From assembly GCA_018238545.1 (NCBI GenBank), contig JABCTC010000024.1, positions 1-52,427 of the forward strand: a stretch of 52,427 nucleotides of DNA, written 5' to 3'. The notes under the pieces were generated by a model. The model was not told the DNA's origin and ran no database searches. It saw only the letters and a program-made list of their open reading frames with translations. Both the position numbers and the translations under genes were made by a program. The stretch comes from Candidatus Heimdallarchaeota archaeon (lineage in GTDB: Archaea > Asgardarchaeota > Heimdallarchaeia > Heimdallarchaeales > Heimdallarchaeaceae). Within the stretch, counting starts at the first letter, position 1. Every line of letters begins with the position of its first letter. Positions 35,618 through 46,155 of the stretch are shown in pieces.

Positions 35618-37189
35618 ATGGTCCCCTCAAAACAACTTCGGAAATTATATGCAGCTGGTTATCAATTAACACCTGAAGCCTTTGCTGAGCTAAATTCTGC
35701 ACCAAATATTACTGAGATTATTGATAAAATACTTGAGTTAAATCCGGAAATGGCAATACTTACAATAACGGATATCAAAGATATTTCTACTGGAAACTAT
35801 GATCCCAATTCTACTATTAACGCTTTTTCAGAAGGTAAAGAGGGAGCCAGTGTATCAGATATTGTAAGTGAAGAAACCATTGAGGAAAAAGAGGAAGAAC
35901 AAGAAATTGATTCTAAGGAACCAGTTTTTTCCAGTCGAAGGGAAACAACTACGACAGATTTACAGATTCTCTCTTCTCCACAAATCAGGCCATTATCTGC
36001 ATCTGCTGGTGGTTTCATACAATATTTTGGCAACCGTTTTGATTCTATTAGTCATTTTTTCAGACGTCGAAGAGATATTGGAAATTTAGTTACAACCGAA
36101 GATCTTCAAGAAAATAGTGTAAATAAAAAAATATCGTTAATTGGTCTTGTTTATAGTAAACGAAAGAATAAGACCGGTAGTTTCAGTTTAGAACTTGAGG
36201 ATAAAAGTGGAAAAGTAACAGGGATGATATTTCAATCTAATCCTGATTTATTGTACAAAGCAGAATTTATTCTAGATGACTCAATTCTGTGCTTCACAGG
36301 AGATTGGAATGGTCGTATACTATTCATCAAAGATGTCTATTGGCCAGATATTCCATACAATCACAAACCTAATCACTCGTATGAAGACGTTCTTGCCTTA
36401 TTCATTTCAGATATACATGTTGGGTCAAAGAAATTCGCAGGAGAACTCTTTCTTAGAGCAATAAAGTTTCTAAATGGTGATTTAGAATCGAACAAATACA
36501 ATGAAGTTGGTAAGAAGGTAAAATATCTTTTTGTAGCAGGAGATGTTGTTGAAGGTGTTGGAATATATCCTGGTCAAGCTAATGATTTAAATGTAGACAA
36601 CATACAACTTCAATATTTGCTTGCTACTGAATATTTTGAACAAATCAGAGATGATGTGGAAATTCTCATTATTCCTGGAAATCATGATGCAGCAAGAGCA
36701 GCTGAGCCTCAGACCCCTATCTCTAAAGATTTCGCCCCCGAACTATATAAATTAGATAATGTATACATGCTCGGCAGTCCAGCTTATGTTAAAGCTCATA
36801 ATGTAGAAATTCTTATGACACATGGAAATTCAATAGTGGATATTAATTCTGCTATCCCAGTCATCCCTCACGAAACTTCTATTCCAGCTATGGTAGAAAT
36901 GCTGAAAAACAGACATCTAGTACCCATTTATGGTAAAAGAACATCAATCGCCCCCGAAGCCGAAGACAAATTGGTTATAACAAAGATTCCTGACATTTTA
37001 CATGCTGGTCATACGCATATTACAGGGGATGAAACTTACAAAGGTGTTACTATAATAAATTCTGGAACATTTCAATACCAAACATCTTATCAAAAAAGCA
37101 TGAATATTAATCCCACTACTGGATCAACATACATTGTAAACCTTCAAAATTTGCAGCGAACAAATGTTGATTTTAAGACATTCAGTTAA
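35618..37189 (+). CDS. polB: DNA polymerase D small (proofreading) subunit DP1
   Basis: SDIHVGS, AGDVVEG, PGNHD, HG and GHTH phosphoesterase motifs, plus an OB domain. Confidence 0.94.
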   Translation: MVPSKQLRKLYAAGYQLTPEAFAELNSAPNITEIIDKILELNPEMAILTITDIKDISTGNYDPNSTINAFSEGKEGASVSDIVSEETIEEKEEEQEIDSKEPVFSSRRETTTTDLQILSSPQIRPLSASAGGFIQYFGNRFDSISHFFRRRRDIGNLVTTEDLQENSVNKKISLIGLVYSKRKNKTGSFSLELEDKSGKVTGMIFQSNPDLLYKAEFILDDSILCFTGDWNGRILFIKDVYWPDIPYNHKPNHSYEDVLALFISDIHVGSKKFAGELFLRAIKFLNGDLESNKYNEVGKKVKYLFVAGDVVEGVGIYPGQANDLNVDNIQLQYLLATEYFEQIRDDVEILIIPGNHDAARAAEPQTPISKDFAPELYKLDNVYMLGSPAYVKAHNVEILMTHGNSIVDINSAIPVIPHETSIPAMVEMLKNRHLVPIYGKRTSIAPEAEDKLVITKIPDILHAGHTHITGDETYKGVTIINSGTFQYQTSYQKSMNINPTTGSTYIVNLQNLQRTNVDFKTFS

Positions 37190-37208
37190 TTTATTGCAAT
37201 TTTATTCT

Positions 37209-37637
37209 TTAGTCAGTTGGAATTTCATCATCGTCAATTTGAACATAAGACAAAATATCTGCAATCTGAGGTGCATGGTTTGATAAAACTGCTATAGCAT
37301 TTTTGAACTCTTCAATGTCACTTGTTCCACCAACTAAGTGAAAATCACCTATTGATTTAAGAATTAGAAAACCATTCTTACCTCGTACCATGACATCATT
37401 TATAGGTGAAAAGGCAAGCCTCTCAAGAGCTAACCTTGCTGCAGCAACTAAAGCAGCTCCAATCGCCGATAATTCTGTTGAGTTTGCCTGTTTATCACCT
37501 GCATAAAATGCAATTCTGTCTCCTGTAGCAGTTAAAACAGCCAAAGCTTCAAGTTTTGCTTCTTGTGTTATGTCTTTTAATTCCTTAGCAAGAGCATAAG
37601 CAATTTTTCTTTCAAGTCTCATCTTTCTCTGATTCAA
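37209..37637 (-). CDS. Roadblock/LC7 domain protein
   Basis: AVLTATG..., LSAIGAAL and VMVRGKNGFLIL pattern. Confidence 0.8.
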   Translation of the reverse strand: MNQRKMRLERKIAYALAKELKDITQEAKLEALAVLTATGDRIAFYAGDKQANSTELSAIGAALVAAARLALERLAFSPINDVMVRGKNGFLILKSIGDFHLVGGTSDIEEFKNAIAVLSNHAPQIADILSYVQIDDDEIPTD

Positions 37638-37835
37638 TTAAAGACTAGAATATATTAATTAACTTTACTATTATATTTCATATAATTAGTGGTTTTCAGG
37701 GAAATTTAACCTAAAAACGAGTCCTTAACTCATAATTTGAATGTCTAGCAATAAGTAATGTTTTTAAACGCTTTTCTTAATTCAAATTCAAATAAAAGCT
37801 TAGCTTGTTTGATCAACAGCTAAAGGTGAAATATA

Positions 37836-40094
37836 ATGTCAAGTGACACTGGACTATCAGGACTACTGAGTCGTTTTTGGAAAAAAATCGTAGACCACTT
37901 CGAAGACTATGAAATAAAACGAGAAACAATATTAAACAGAATAAGTATGATTCTAATCTTATTCGTTGGTGTAATTATTAGACTATTTGGCTTATTTCAA
38001 GGATTTGATCCCTTGATTAAGGCTTTCGATCCACATGTTCAACTAGTGAGCGCAGAATTTATCAATACTGAAGGTTTTATTCAATTTATTCACTGGTTCA
38101 AAGCAGATTCTTGGTATCCTTATGGTTTCCAAACTGGCTTCGAATTATATTGGGGGGTTCCTCTAAGTGCAGTGATTATATATGGTTTAGTAAGTATATT
38201 TTCAATTAGTATAACCATTACTCAAGCTGCATTTATTAGTCCAGTTGTTTATGGCTTCCTTACAGTAATAGCCTCCTACCTTCTTGGGAAAGAAGCCATT
38301 AGCACAAGAGCAGGTATCTTTACCGCATTTTTCATGTCAATTGCACCGGCCTTTGTTTCAAGAAGCACGGCAGGTTTCTATGATAATGAATCAATAGGTA
38401 TTCTTTTCACGGTTCTAACGTTGTATTTCTTTATAAGAGCATTCAAACGTGGTGGGACAGTGGCTCCATTCCTAGCTGGCATCAGTTTAGGAATCCTTAT
38501 TGGTAGTTGGGGAGCATATAGATATATTTTGGATTTACTACCACTTGCAGTTTTATTCTTAGTATTGGCAAGAAAATTAACTTGGAAACTAATCAAAGCA
38601 TATAGTATAACAATTGTTACTGCTCTGAGTATTGGTTTTTTGGTGCCAAGAGTTCTAAGAAATAAATTTTTCAACATAGAAGTCATGATACCCATTTTAA
38701 TGATAGGATTCTTAGTTATTGTTGGGATAATTCAAAATCTATCACACAATTTAAACGAGAAGACTTTTAGACAAATGCTTATCGTTGGATCTGTTACGGC
38801 GCTAGTTCTTCTTGTTATATTAGTGACAGTTTTTCTGTCCTTAGGTGTTTTTTCCAACATAGCTGATAAATTTTGGGCCGTTATCTTCCCAGGGGGAAGA
38901 GATTCTATCCCAATTATCGCTTCGGTAAGTGAACATCAACCAATGACTTGGGCCGAACTATTTAGCAATATCCACATTATGACATTCTTGATACCCCTTG
39001 GCCTATATTATTGTTTAAAGAAACCAACTGATGTTAATATCTTCATTCTTGTTTATGGAGTAACAACAATTTACTTCTCAGGATCAATGATCAGACTTGT
39101 TCTACTACTAGCTCCCTCTGCATCTCTGTTGAGTGCAATGGCAATTGACCGTTTACTATATACTTACTCTTTAAGTGCCCATGGTAAAATTGCTCTCACA
39201 AAAAGAAAAATAAGATTAACAAAAACAATTGGTCGAGATGAGGCAATAATAGCTTATGTCGTGATTTTTGGTCTATTAGTTTCCTTCTCAATTCACAGTA
39301 TTAATCTATCACAACACTATGCAAGATCTGAGATGGCACCTGTTTATTTCGATCCACCAGGCGTTCCTTCATCCGATTGGCAAGATGCTCTGATATGGTT
39401 ACAAGAAAATTCACAAGGTGAGGGGATTGTAGCAAATAGTCCATCTGTTGTATTGAGTTGGTGGGATTATGGATACTGGATTACGAATTATGGAAACGCA
39501 ACGTCTCTTGTGGATAATGCAACCACCAATAAAACACAGATAGGAATGGTGGGGACTATGCTGATGTGGAACTTCACTGAATCAGTGAAATTGATGTATA
39601 AGTACAATGTAAAATACGTGCTTGTTAATAGTCAAGCAGGGCTCTCAGCAGTTGGTTCTGATTTAGGAAAAGCTATTTGGTGTATAAGAATCGCTGAATC
39701 CACGGTTCCAAGATATGGAATTGCTGAAGAAAATTATTTTGCTGAAGAAGAAAGTCTTGGATATACTATCTATCAAGACCCATTCTATAACTCAGTCCTT
39801 TATAGATTATCTGCCTTTGATGCAGCGACTGGGTATGCTTGGAATAGTGAAATGCCTGGAACTCCAACCAGTAACCGACCTGGAATTCTTTCAAAAGCTA
39901 ACGAATACCCCGTATATGATTTGAAAGCTGCTGATGGTCTCATATATTTCAGTGAAGTTTTCAGAAGTTATGGTTTAGCTTCTTCACCTAATGATGCATA
40001 CAGATATCCGCTTGTTAGAATATTTGAAGTAGTATATCCAGAAAATATTGCTCAACTTTCAGCAGAGGTTAATGGTCTTTATCCTGCTGATTAA
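37836..40094 (+). CDS. aglB: Oligosaccharyltransferase AglB/STT3
   Basis: FDP, YDNE, SVSEH, WWDYG and DNAT motifs; multi-TM. Confidence 0.95.
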   Translation: MSSDTGLSGLLSRFWKKIVDHFEDYEIKRETILNRISMILILFVGVIIRLFGLFQGFDPLIKAFDPHVQLVSAEFINTEGFIQFIHWFKADSWYPYGFQTGFELYWGVPLSAVIIYGLVSIFSISITITQAAFISPVVYGFLTVIASYLLGKEAISTRAGIFTAFFMSIAPAFVSRSTAGFYDNESIGILFTVLTLYFFIRAFKRGGTVAPFLAGISLGILIGSWGAYRYILDLLPLAVLFLVLARKLTWKLIKAYSITIVTALSIGFLVPRVLRNKFFNIEVMIPILMIGFLVIVGIIQNLSHNLNEKTFRQMLIVGSVTALVLLVILVTVFLSLGVFSNIADKFWAVIFPGGRDSIPIIASVSEHQPMTWAELFSNIHIMTFLIPLGLYYCLKKPTDVNIFILVYGVTTIYFSGSMIRLVLLLAPSASLLSAMAIDRLLYTYSLSAHGKIALTKRKIRLTKTIGRDEAIIAYVVIFGLLVSFSIHSINLSQHYARSEMAPVYFDPPGVPSSDWQDALIWLQENSQGEGIVANSPSVVLSWWDYGYWITNYGNATSLVDNATTNKTQIGMVGTMLMWNFTESVKLMYKYNVKYVLVNSQAGLSAVGSDLGKAIWCIRIAESTVPRYGIAEENYFAEEESLGYTIYQDPFYNSVLYRLSAFDAATGYAWNSEMPGTPTSNRPGILSKANEYPVYDLKAADGLIYFSEVFRSYGLASSPNDAYRYPLVRIFEVVYPENIAQLSAEVNGLYPAD

Positions 40095-40350
40095 TCTACA
40101 ACTATTTTTTTCTTTTTCTTTTCTTCTCTTTTTCACATTAAAACCTTTTATTAATAGTAGTAATTCATGTTTATCCTCCCCTTAAAACTTGACAAACGTG
40201 TGGGGTTACTGCCTTAAAACGTGTTTTGAAGAAGAATTAGCTATTTAAGAAAAACAACCAAACCAAAATGCTTTTAAAAATCCAACATGGGAAATCTATT
40301 AAAGCACAATCAAATTATTAGTACTGCTAATAGAAAAAAGGTGTAAAATA

Positions 40351-41637
40351 ATGAGCTCAAAAGGAAAACCTCATTTGAATCTAGTAATTATCGGTCATGT
40401 TGACCATGGTAAATCTACTATGACTGGCCACTTACTATATGTTTGTGGAACCATAAGCGATCGAGAAATCGAGAAATTTGAAAAAGAAGCTGAGTTAATT
40501 GGTAGAGGTAGTTTCAAATTTGCTTGGGTATTAGACAAGTTGAAAGAAGAGCGAGAAAGAGGAGTAACAATAGATCTTGCGTTTTATAAATTCGAAACCA
40601 AGAAATACTATTATACAATAATTGATGCTCCAGGACACCGAGATTTCGTCAAGAACATGATTACAGGAACATCACAAGCTGACGCAGCAATCTTAGTAAT
40701 AAGTGCTGGTACTGGGGAATTTGAAGCCGGTATTAGTACTACTGGACAAACAAGAGAACACGCTTTACTCGCTAAGACATTAGGTGTTAACCAACTTATC
40801 GTTGCAGTTAACAAAATGGATCTAGCTGACTACAAGGAAGAACGTTATAACGAAATTTCTGAAGAAATGGGTAGAAATCTAAAACTTTTCGGTTTTGATA
40901 TCTCAAAAATCAATTTCGTCCCAGTTAGTGGTATGCTTGGAGATAATCTCGGTGAGAAATCTGATAAAATGCCCTGGTACAAAGGATTAACTCTCTTGGA
41001 AGCACTTGACACATTTACAGTCCCTGATAAACCCACAGATAAACCTCTAAGATTACCTATCCAAGATGTCTATACCATTACTGGTATTGGAACAGTTCCT
41101 GTAGGACGTGTTGAAAGTGGTGTACTTAAACCAAAAGAGAATGTAATCTTCCAACCAACTGGAAAGAAAGCTGCAGTAATGTCAATTGAAATGCATCATG
41201 AAGAAATTCCAGAAGCTATTCCTGGTGATAACATCGGATTTAGCTGCAAAGGATTATCAAAACAAGATGCACGAAGAGGAGACGTTGTAGGACACGAAAA
41301 GAAACCTCCTACTATAGCAAAAGAAATAGTTGCTACAGTTAATGTTATTAGGCATCCTTCAGTAATTGCTGTTGGTTATACTCCCGTAGTTCACTGTGGA
41401 ACCGCACAAGTAGCAATTAGATTTGCTGAGTTAAAGGAGAAAAAACCTAGAGATGGAGACGCTGTAAAAAATCCAGACTTTCTTAAGAATGGAGATACTG
41501 CAAAGGTAGTTCTTATTCCAACTCGTGATATGGTTATTGAACAATACAGCGAATTTCCAGCATTAGGTAGATTTGCTGTCAGAGATATGGGTCAAACCGT
41601 AGCTGTTGGCATTGTTACAAAAGTAACACCAAAGTAA
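40351..41637 (+). CDS. tuf: Elongation factor 1-alpha
   Basis: [30 protein letters not shown] and GRFAVRDMG. Confidence 0.98.
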   Translation: MSSKGKPHLNLVIIGHVDHGKSTMTGHLLYVCGTISDREIEKFEKEAELIGRGSFKFAWVLDKLKEERERGVTIDLAFYKFETKKYYYTIIDAPGHRDFVKNMITGTSQADAAILVISAGTGEFEAGISTTGQTREHALLAKTLGVNQLIVAVNKMDLADYKEERYNEISEEMGRNLKLFGFDISKINFVPVSGMLGDNLGEKSDKMPWYKGLTLLEALDTFTVPDKPTDKPLRLPIQDVYTITGIGTVPVGRVESGVLKPKENVIFQPTGKKAAVMSIEMHHEEIPEAIPGDNIGFSCKGLSKQDARRGDVVGHEKKPPTIAKEIVATVNVIRHPSVIAVGYTPVVHCGTAQVAIRFAELKEKKPRDGDAVKNPDFLKNGDTAKVVLIPTRDMVIEQYSEFPALGRFAVRDMGQTVAVGIVTKVTPK

Positions 41638-41744
41638 TAACTTCTTTTCTTTTTTATTTTTGTTTTTTTATTTTACATGCTTACAAGTACAATGATGTGT
41701 GCATGTAAATTGCTTATAAAAATAGAAAAAAAGTAATCCACAAA

Positions 41745-42668
41745 TTATTTTGCAGGTACTATATTATTTACTACAAATTCAGGAGAAAAAAGTTCTATAT
41801 CCTTATATTCTTGTCCATTACCTAAGAAAATGATTGGACTGTTGCTAATATGTGTCACTGAAACAGCTGCTCCTCCCTTTACATCAGCGTCTATTTTGTT
41901 TAAAATTGCAGCATCGATGCCTATTTTTTCGTTGAATAACGTAACTTGTGAAACAAGTGAATTTCCAGTTAGTGCGTCTCCAACAAATATCTTTAGATCA
42001 GGTTCCACAACTTTACAAATCTTTTGTAATTCAGACATTAAGTTTGAACTTGTTTCAATTCGTCCTGCAGTATCAATTAAAACTACATCAATATTTTTTG
42101 CAATTGCGTGGTTTACTGCATCAAAAGCAACTGCTGCTGCATCGGAACCATATGTTTGGGCAATAACTCGTATACCAAGTTTCTCGCCATGTTGTTGAAG
42201 TTGTTGGATACTTCCTGCTCTAAATGTATCTCCTGCAGCAAATACACAGGAGTATCCTTTCTCTTGTAACATCTTTCCTATTTTTGCAATAGAAAGTGTT
42301 TTCCCAACACCGTTTACACCAAAGAAAGCGATAGTTAAAGGAACATTTTTCTTCTTCGACTCTTCTACCATTTCTAGTAAATCAACTCTATTTCTTGGAG
42401 ATAGGATGTCAAGAAGAACTTCTCTTAAAGAGCTCAAGACTAAAGATTTTGGATTAGAGAAGCGCGTATGTTCCGTCTTTAGAAGAATTGAGGTCAGATT
42501 TTCGCATATTGCATCAGCTGTTGCTACTGCAACTTCATTCTTAATTAAAATATCATTCAATTCTTTTGTAATTTTAGCAACAGATTTAGGAGAAATTTCT
42601 GTAATTGTAATTTTTTTAATTAACTTTGAAACGTTTTTTCTTAACTGATCAAACAAACAAAATCCCAT
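41745..42668 (-). CDS. ftsY: SRP receptor FtsY
   Basis: GVNGVGKT, DTFRAG, DTAGR, KGG and GQ.Y.D. Confidence 0.95.
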   Translation of the reverse strand: MGFCLFDQLRKNVSKLIKKITITEISPKSVAKITKELNDILIKNEVAVATADAICENLTSILLKTEHTRFSNPKSLVLSSLREVLLDILSPRNRVDLLEMVEESKKKNVPLTIAFFGVNGVGKTLSIAKIGKMLQEKGYSCVFAAGDTFRAGSIQQLQQHGEKLGIRVIAQTYGSDAAAVAFDAVNHAIAKNIDVVLIDTAGRIETSSNLMSELQKICKVVEPDLKIFVGDALTGNSLVSQVTLFNEKIGIDAAILNKIDADVKGGAAVSVTHISNSPIIFLGNGQEYKDIELFSPEFVVNNIVPAK

Positions 42669-42676
42669 CCTTTAAA

Positions 42677-43114
42677 CTACATAACAGATTTAACGATTCG
42701 ATCAATTTCCCTCAAACGCTCAACTACTTCATTGTAACTAGCTTTAATCTGAGTTAATTGGTTCTCAACTTCAGATTTCTTTTTCTTAACTCCATCAATA
42801 GCTTCATCAAGTGATTTTTCACTATGAATACCTGCACCAATGGTGACAATTACTTTTTCGGCGTTTTTAATGGTTGCATAGATAAAATTACCAGCACCTA
42901 TCGGTAGCAGCATTTGTTGATCATTCTTGGCGTCTTTTAACTCTACCAAAGTTTGTTCTGAAGTTTGAATTTCACTATAATAACTGTTCAATATCTCAAT
43001 TTGCTGATTATATCTAGTTGCTTGTTGTTCAAGCTGTTGAGCAGCTAAAAGCAATTTATTGACTTCTTCATTAGAGATTTTGTCTGAAGGTACATTCTCT
43101 GCCAATTCTTTCAC
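42677..43114 (-). CDS. pfdA: Prefoldin alpha subunit
   Basis: LLPIGAG..VIVTIGAG hairpins between coiled coils; conserved gene context. Confidence 0.92.
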   Translation of the reverse strand: MKELAENVPSDKISNEEVNKLLLAAQQLEQQATRYNQQIEILNSYYSEIQTSEQTLVELKDAKNDQQMLLPIGAGNFIYATIKNAEKVIVTIGAGIHSEKSLDEAIDGVKKKKSEVENQLTQIKASYNEVVERLREIDRIVKSVM

Positions 43115-43380
43115 TTTCTTTTTGGTAATGCTAGATCATCTTCAGTTGCGAAGGTTTTTACAATAACATCTTTGATTTCTTCAGGTTTTGTTATTTCCTT
43201 AATGTCTTTCGCATTAATATAAATCATGTTTCTTTTTACCCTATGTTTACTCCCAACTATTGAATAAACCTTTTCTAGGGCATCTTCTACGTTCAATGCT
43301 CTTACATATTTACCGAAAGGAATTTTATCTTTTCTCTTTTTAAATTCTCCACGAATGTGGAATGTTTTTACAGAACTCAT
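43111..43380 (-). CDS. rpl18a: 50S ribosomal protein eL20 (L18a/LX)
   Basis: ALEKVYSIVGSKHRVKR; gene context. Confidence 0.9.
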   Translation of the reverse strand: MSSVKTFHIRGEFKKRKDKIPFGKYVRALNVEDALEKVYSIVGSKHRVKRNMIYINAKDIKEITKPEEIKDVIVKTFATEDDLALPKRK

Positions 43381-43445
43381 ATGGGTCACCACTCAGTAAC
43401 ATTTGGTGTTTATTAAAAGGCTTTTTCAACTTTTTGAATTGATAG

Positions 43446-44138
43446 TTATAAAGGAGCAAGTAAAACTTCAAAAATTCTCATGCTTTCTGGACCTGTACTA
43501 TCAGACCCAATGACCGCGCCTTTTGTATTAGAAAGAATGCCTACTCTGGGATAAGGTATGCCTCTATTAATTGTACAAACATCTGTTCGTACTTTTAGGA
43601 TTGAGGATATTTCACTTATTTCTTCTTCAGAAAGGAGAGGATGCACTAAAGCCCCCCTATTTGTGCTCATAGCAATGCTGCCTACAAGAGGTGATCCAAG
43701 CATAGAACCAATAGTAGTTTCTATACCCAAACTATCTTGTATCTGATTTCGAACATTTTTTTCAAACATCTCGCTAATGATTGCCCCCTTATCATTCATA
43801 ACAATAAGGTTTCCCAACGCAGTATATTTGCTTTCAACTTCAATAATCTCAATTTCGTCACCTAGTCCCTCAACAATTTGTTGCTTTTCTTTCTGTGTAA
43901 CATTTTGGGGAATAAGCAATGATTTTGAATTACCTACAGCTAAAGTACCTACTAAAACAGAACTGGCTATAGTTGTTTGAACTATTTTAATTCCTAATAT
44001 ATTCTTAATTAGCTCAATTCTGTTTTCTTTTGTTCCTTGTGGAACAATAGCAAACTTCTCAGTGGATAGTGCAAAAATACCCAAACTGGAATTTCCTAAA
44101 ATGGTTGTTTGAGCTATATCCAAATTTTTCACCCTCAA
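43446..44138 (-). CDS. eif6: Translation initiation factor aIF6
   Basis: GNS.LGIF, ALGNLI, LVHP, TINRG and TGPE. Confidence 0.94.
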   Translation of the reverse strand: MRVKNLDIAQTTILGNSSLGIFALSTEKFAIVPQGTKENRIELIKNILGIKIVQTTIASSVLVGTLAVGNSKSLLIPQNVTQKEKQQIVEGLGDEIEIIEVESKYTALGNLIVMNDKGAIISEMFEKNVRNQIQDSLGIETTIGSMLGSPLVGSIAMSTNRGALVHPLLSEEEISEISSILKVRTDVCTINRGIPYPRVGILSNTKGAVIGSDSTGPESMRIFEVLLAPL

Positions 44139-44156
44139 AAAATAGAGGAAGGAGTT

Positions 44157-44597
44157 TTATTCTTCTTTCTCCTTTTCTTCTTTTTTCTCTTCTGTTACGG
44201 TTTCTTCCAGAAGTTCTTCAGAAATGGAAGAGTCATCTTCTTCTTCCTCTTCATCATCTTCTTCTTCAAGTTCTCCTGGTAATGAAATGCCATCTAAGTC
44301 GGGGCGTGCAGAAATGTCAACTTTTTCATGAATTAGTTCAATGGTAGCAATTTTTTCTTCATCGATAGTTTCGACAATTGCACGAACTTTGACCTTTCTT
44401 GGAGGTTTTTTAATACCTCTTTCCCAAAGAAATTCATTTAATTCATTAGTAATCACAACAAAATCAGCTTTAGTGTGTTTAACGATAAAAGCCTTTAGCA
44501 TCCTAACGGCTTTTGGTGTTCTTTTATACGGTGCTGTTTTGTTCAATTTTGGGTAAAATGGGATAGTATAAATACTTTCAATAGCTTCTTGAGACAT
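44157..44597 (-). CDS. rpl31e: 50S ribosomal protein eL31 with acidic C-terminal extension
   Basis: KRTPKAV, LNEFLWERGIKKPP. Confidence 0.92.
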   Translation of the reverse strand: MSQEAIESIYTIPFYPKLNKTAPYKRTPKAVRMLKAFIVKHTKADFVVITNELNEFLWERGIKKPPRKVKVRAIVETIDEEKIATIELIHEKVDISARPDLDGISLPGELEEEDDEEEEEDDSSISEELLEETVTEEKKEEKEKEE

Positions 44598-44610
44598 ATT
44601 CTATAACTCC

Positions 44611-44766
44611 TTATCTTTTTATTCTAGTTGAACGCCATTTTCTGCGTTTAGGATGATTACGAAAGCGACGATTTGTTCTAATAACGCACCAACTGGGTAC
44701 GGGGTTGTTGGTTTTCATTTCTTTCGCATATCTCAACTTTTTTGCTAAATTTCTATATCTTGCCAT
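44611..44766 (-). CDS. rpl39e: 50S ribosomal protein eL39 (51 aa, absent from the ORF track)
   Basis: MARYRNLAKKLRYAKEMKTNNPVPSWCVIRTNRRFRNHPKRRKWRSTRIKR. Confidence 0.95.
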   Translation of the reverse strand: MARYRNLAKKLRYAKEMKTNNPVPSWCVIRTNRRFRNHPKRRKWRSTRIKR

Positions 44767-45104
44767 TATAATCGCCTTATTTCTACCTTTGTCTCTCGTT
44801 TTTGTCCTTGGATCTTACGAAGGATTTCTTTTAATTGTTCGTCATTGATTTTTTCCTTTACTCCTCCTTGCTGTGCAATTTGAATTAATCTTAATTCTAC
44901 AGCTTCAGCAACTTGAGGACGGACAAGTTTAACATTAGCAAGTCTTTGTCTAGCTTCTTCAGTAAGAATTTGACGTAGTATTGATTGCTTCTGAGCTTCA
45001 AGAGTTGCTTGTTGCTCTTCTTGAGCTTGTGAAGCAGCTTGTTGTTCTTGCATCTGAGCAAATTTTCTTTGCCTTATAGCTTCCAATTCTTCATCATTAT
45101 ACAT
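44766..45104 (-). CDS. PDCD5-like DNA-binding protein
   Basis: ILRQILTEEARQRLANVKLVRP. Confidence 0.92.
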   Translation of the reverse strand: MYNDEELEAIRQRKFAQMQEQQAASQAQEEQQATLEAQKQSILRQILTEEARQRLANVKLVRPQVAEAVELRLIQIAQQGGVKEKINDEQLKEILRKIQGQKRETKVEIRRL

Positions 45105-45171
45105 TTGCTTAATCTCTCCTATTGGTCAGCTACTAATGTTTTGTTTTTTATTGCATTATTAATTATGAATC

Positions 45172-45636
45172 CTAATATCTATCTAACTCAGGAATCTGTC
45201 TTTTGATCTCTGATGAGAGTTTATCTACGAAAGAGTGACCTTTTGGAGTAATGACGCGACCTATTGTGACTCTGCTTTTACTTCCAAGACCAATTTTCTT
45301 TTGAATATAGCCTGCTTTTTCAAGTTGTTGTAACACTTTGCGAATAACTGCACCACTTCCTCTAGCAAAGTGCTCGGGTCTGACTCCTCTTCTATATCGA
45401 CCACCATAAGCAATTCGAAGTTTCGAAACACCGATTGGACCATAGAAATAAATTTTTCTCAAGATAGAAGCAGCTCTAATGTGCCACCAATCATGTTGAG
45501 TAGGGGTGCTTTCTTTATGAACTCCAGTTTTTGCAAACTTAGCCCATTCTGGTGGTTTTATTTCTGTTTCTTTTTTCAATTCTTCTACAATTCTTGAAAT
45601 TAACATATCAGCTGGTACATCATAAGCTGTTGGCAT
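45172..45636 (-). CDS. rps19e: 30S ribosomal protein eS19
   Basis: PEWAKFAKTG, WWHIRAASILRK and RKVLQQLE. Confidence 0.96.
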   Translation of the reverse strand: MPTAYDVPADMLISRIVEELKKETEIKPPEWAKFAKTGVHKESTPTQHDWWHIRAASILRKIYFYGPIGVSKLRIAYGGRYRRGVRPEHFARGSGAVIRKVLQQLEKAGYIQKKIGLGSKSRVTIGRVITPKGHSFVDKLSSEIKRQIPELDRY

Positions 45637-45881
45637 ATTTTTCACTCATTTTCGTTTTAACGCTAGAGAGAGCTCTATAGTGCTTTTTCAGTGTCTCGGG
45701 AACAATCCATGTTTAAAAAGATTACTTTGCTAGTTAAATGACATTGTCTGTAATGACAATATTTACGTAATTTTGAACATGTATTTGGGTTTTTAGAGAA
45801 CAGTAAAAACGAAATAAAACTTTGATATTCGATCACAGTTTTTGCTACTTACACTGCATAAAAGTTTTTTAAAATTGAACA

Positions 45882-46142
45882 ATGATTATAAAAATAGATA
45901 TAAAGCTGTTGGAGACTATAACGATAACGGAAGTAAATCTTTTGAATACCACAAATAGAAACAAAGGCAGGAAATGGAAAGAAATATTCTCTTCCGTTGA
46001 TGATTTATTCATAATTTTTGGAATACTGCTTAATGGAGCTAGTGCTGTTGTGAGTTTAATAGAAGGTCATCTAATCGCCGGATTAATTCTCGTTGCATGT
46101 GAAATAGCCTTAATAGTTGCCTATGTTTTGAAAATAATTTAA
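45882..46142 (+). CDS. Small two-TM membrane protein (start uncertain)
   Basis: Two hydrophobic helices in the C-terminal half. Confidence 0.5.
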   Translation: MIIKIDIKLLETITITEVNLLNTTNRNKGRKWKEIFSSVDDLFIIFGILLNGASAVVSLIEGHLIAGLILVACEIALIVAYVLKII

Positions 46143-46155
46143 AATGTTATTTGTT

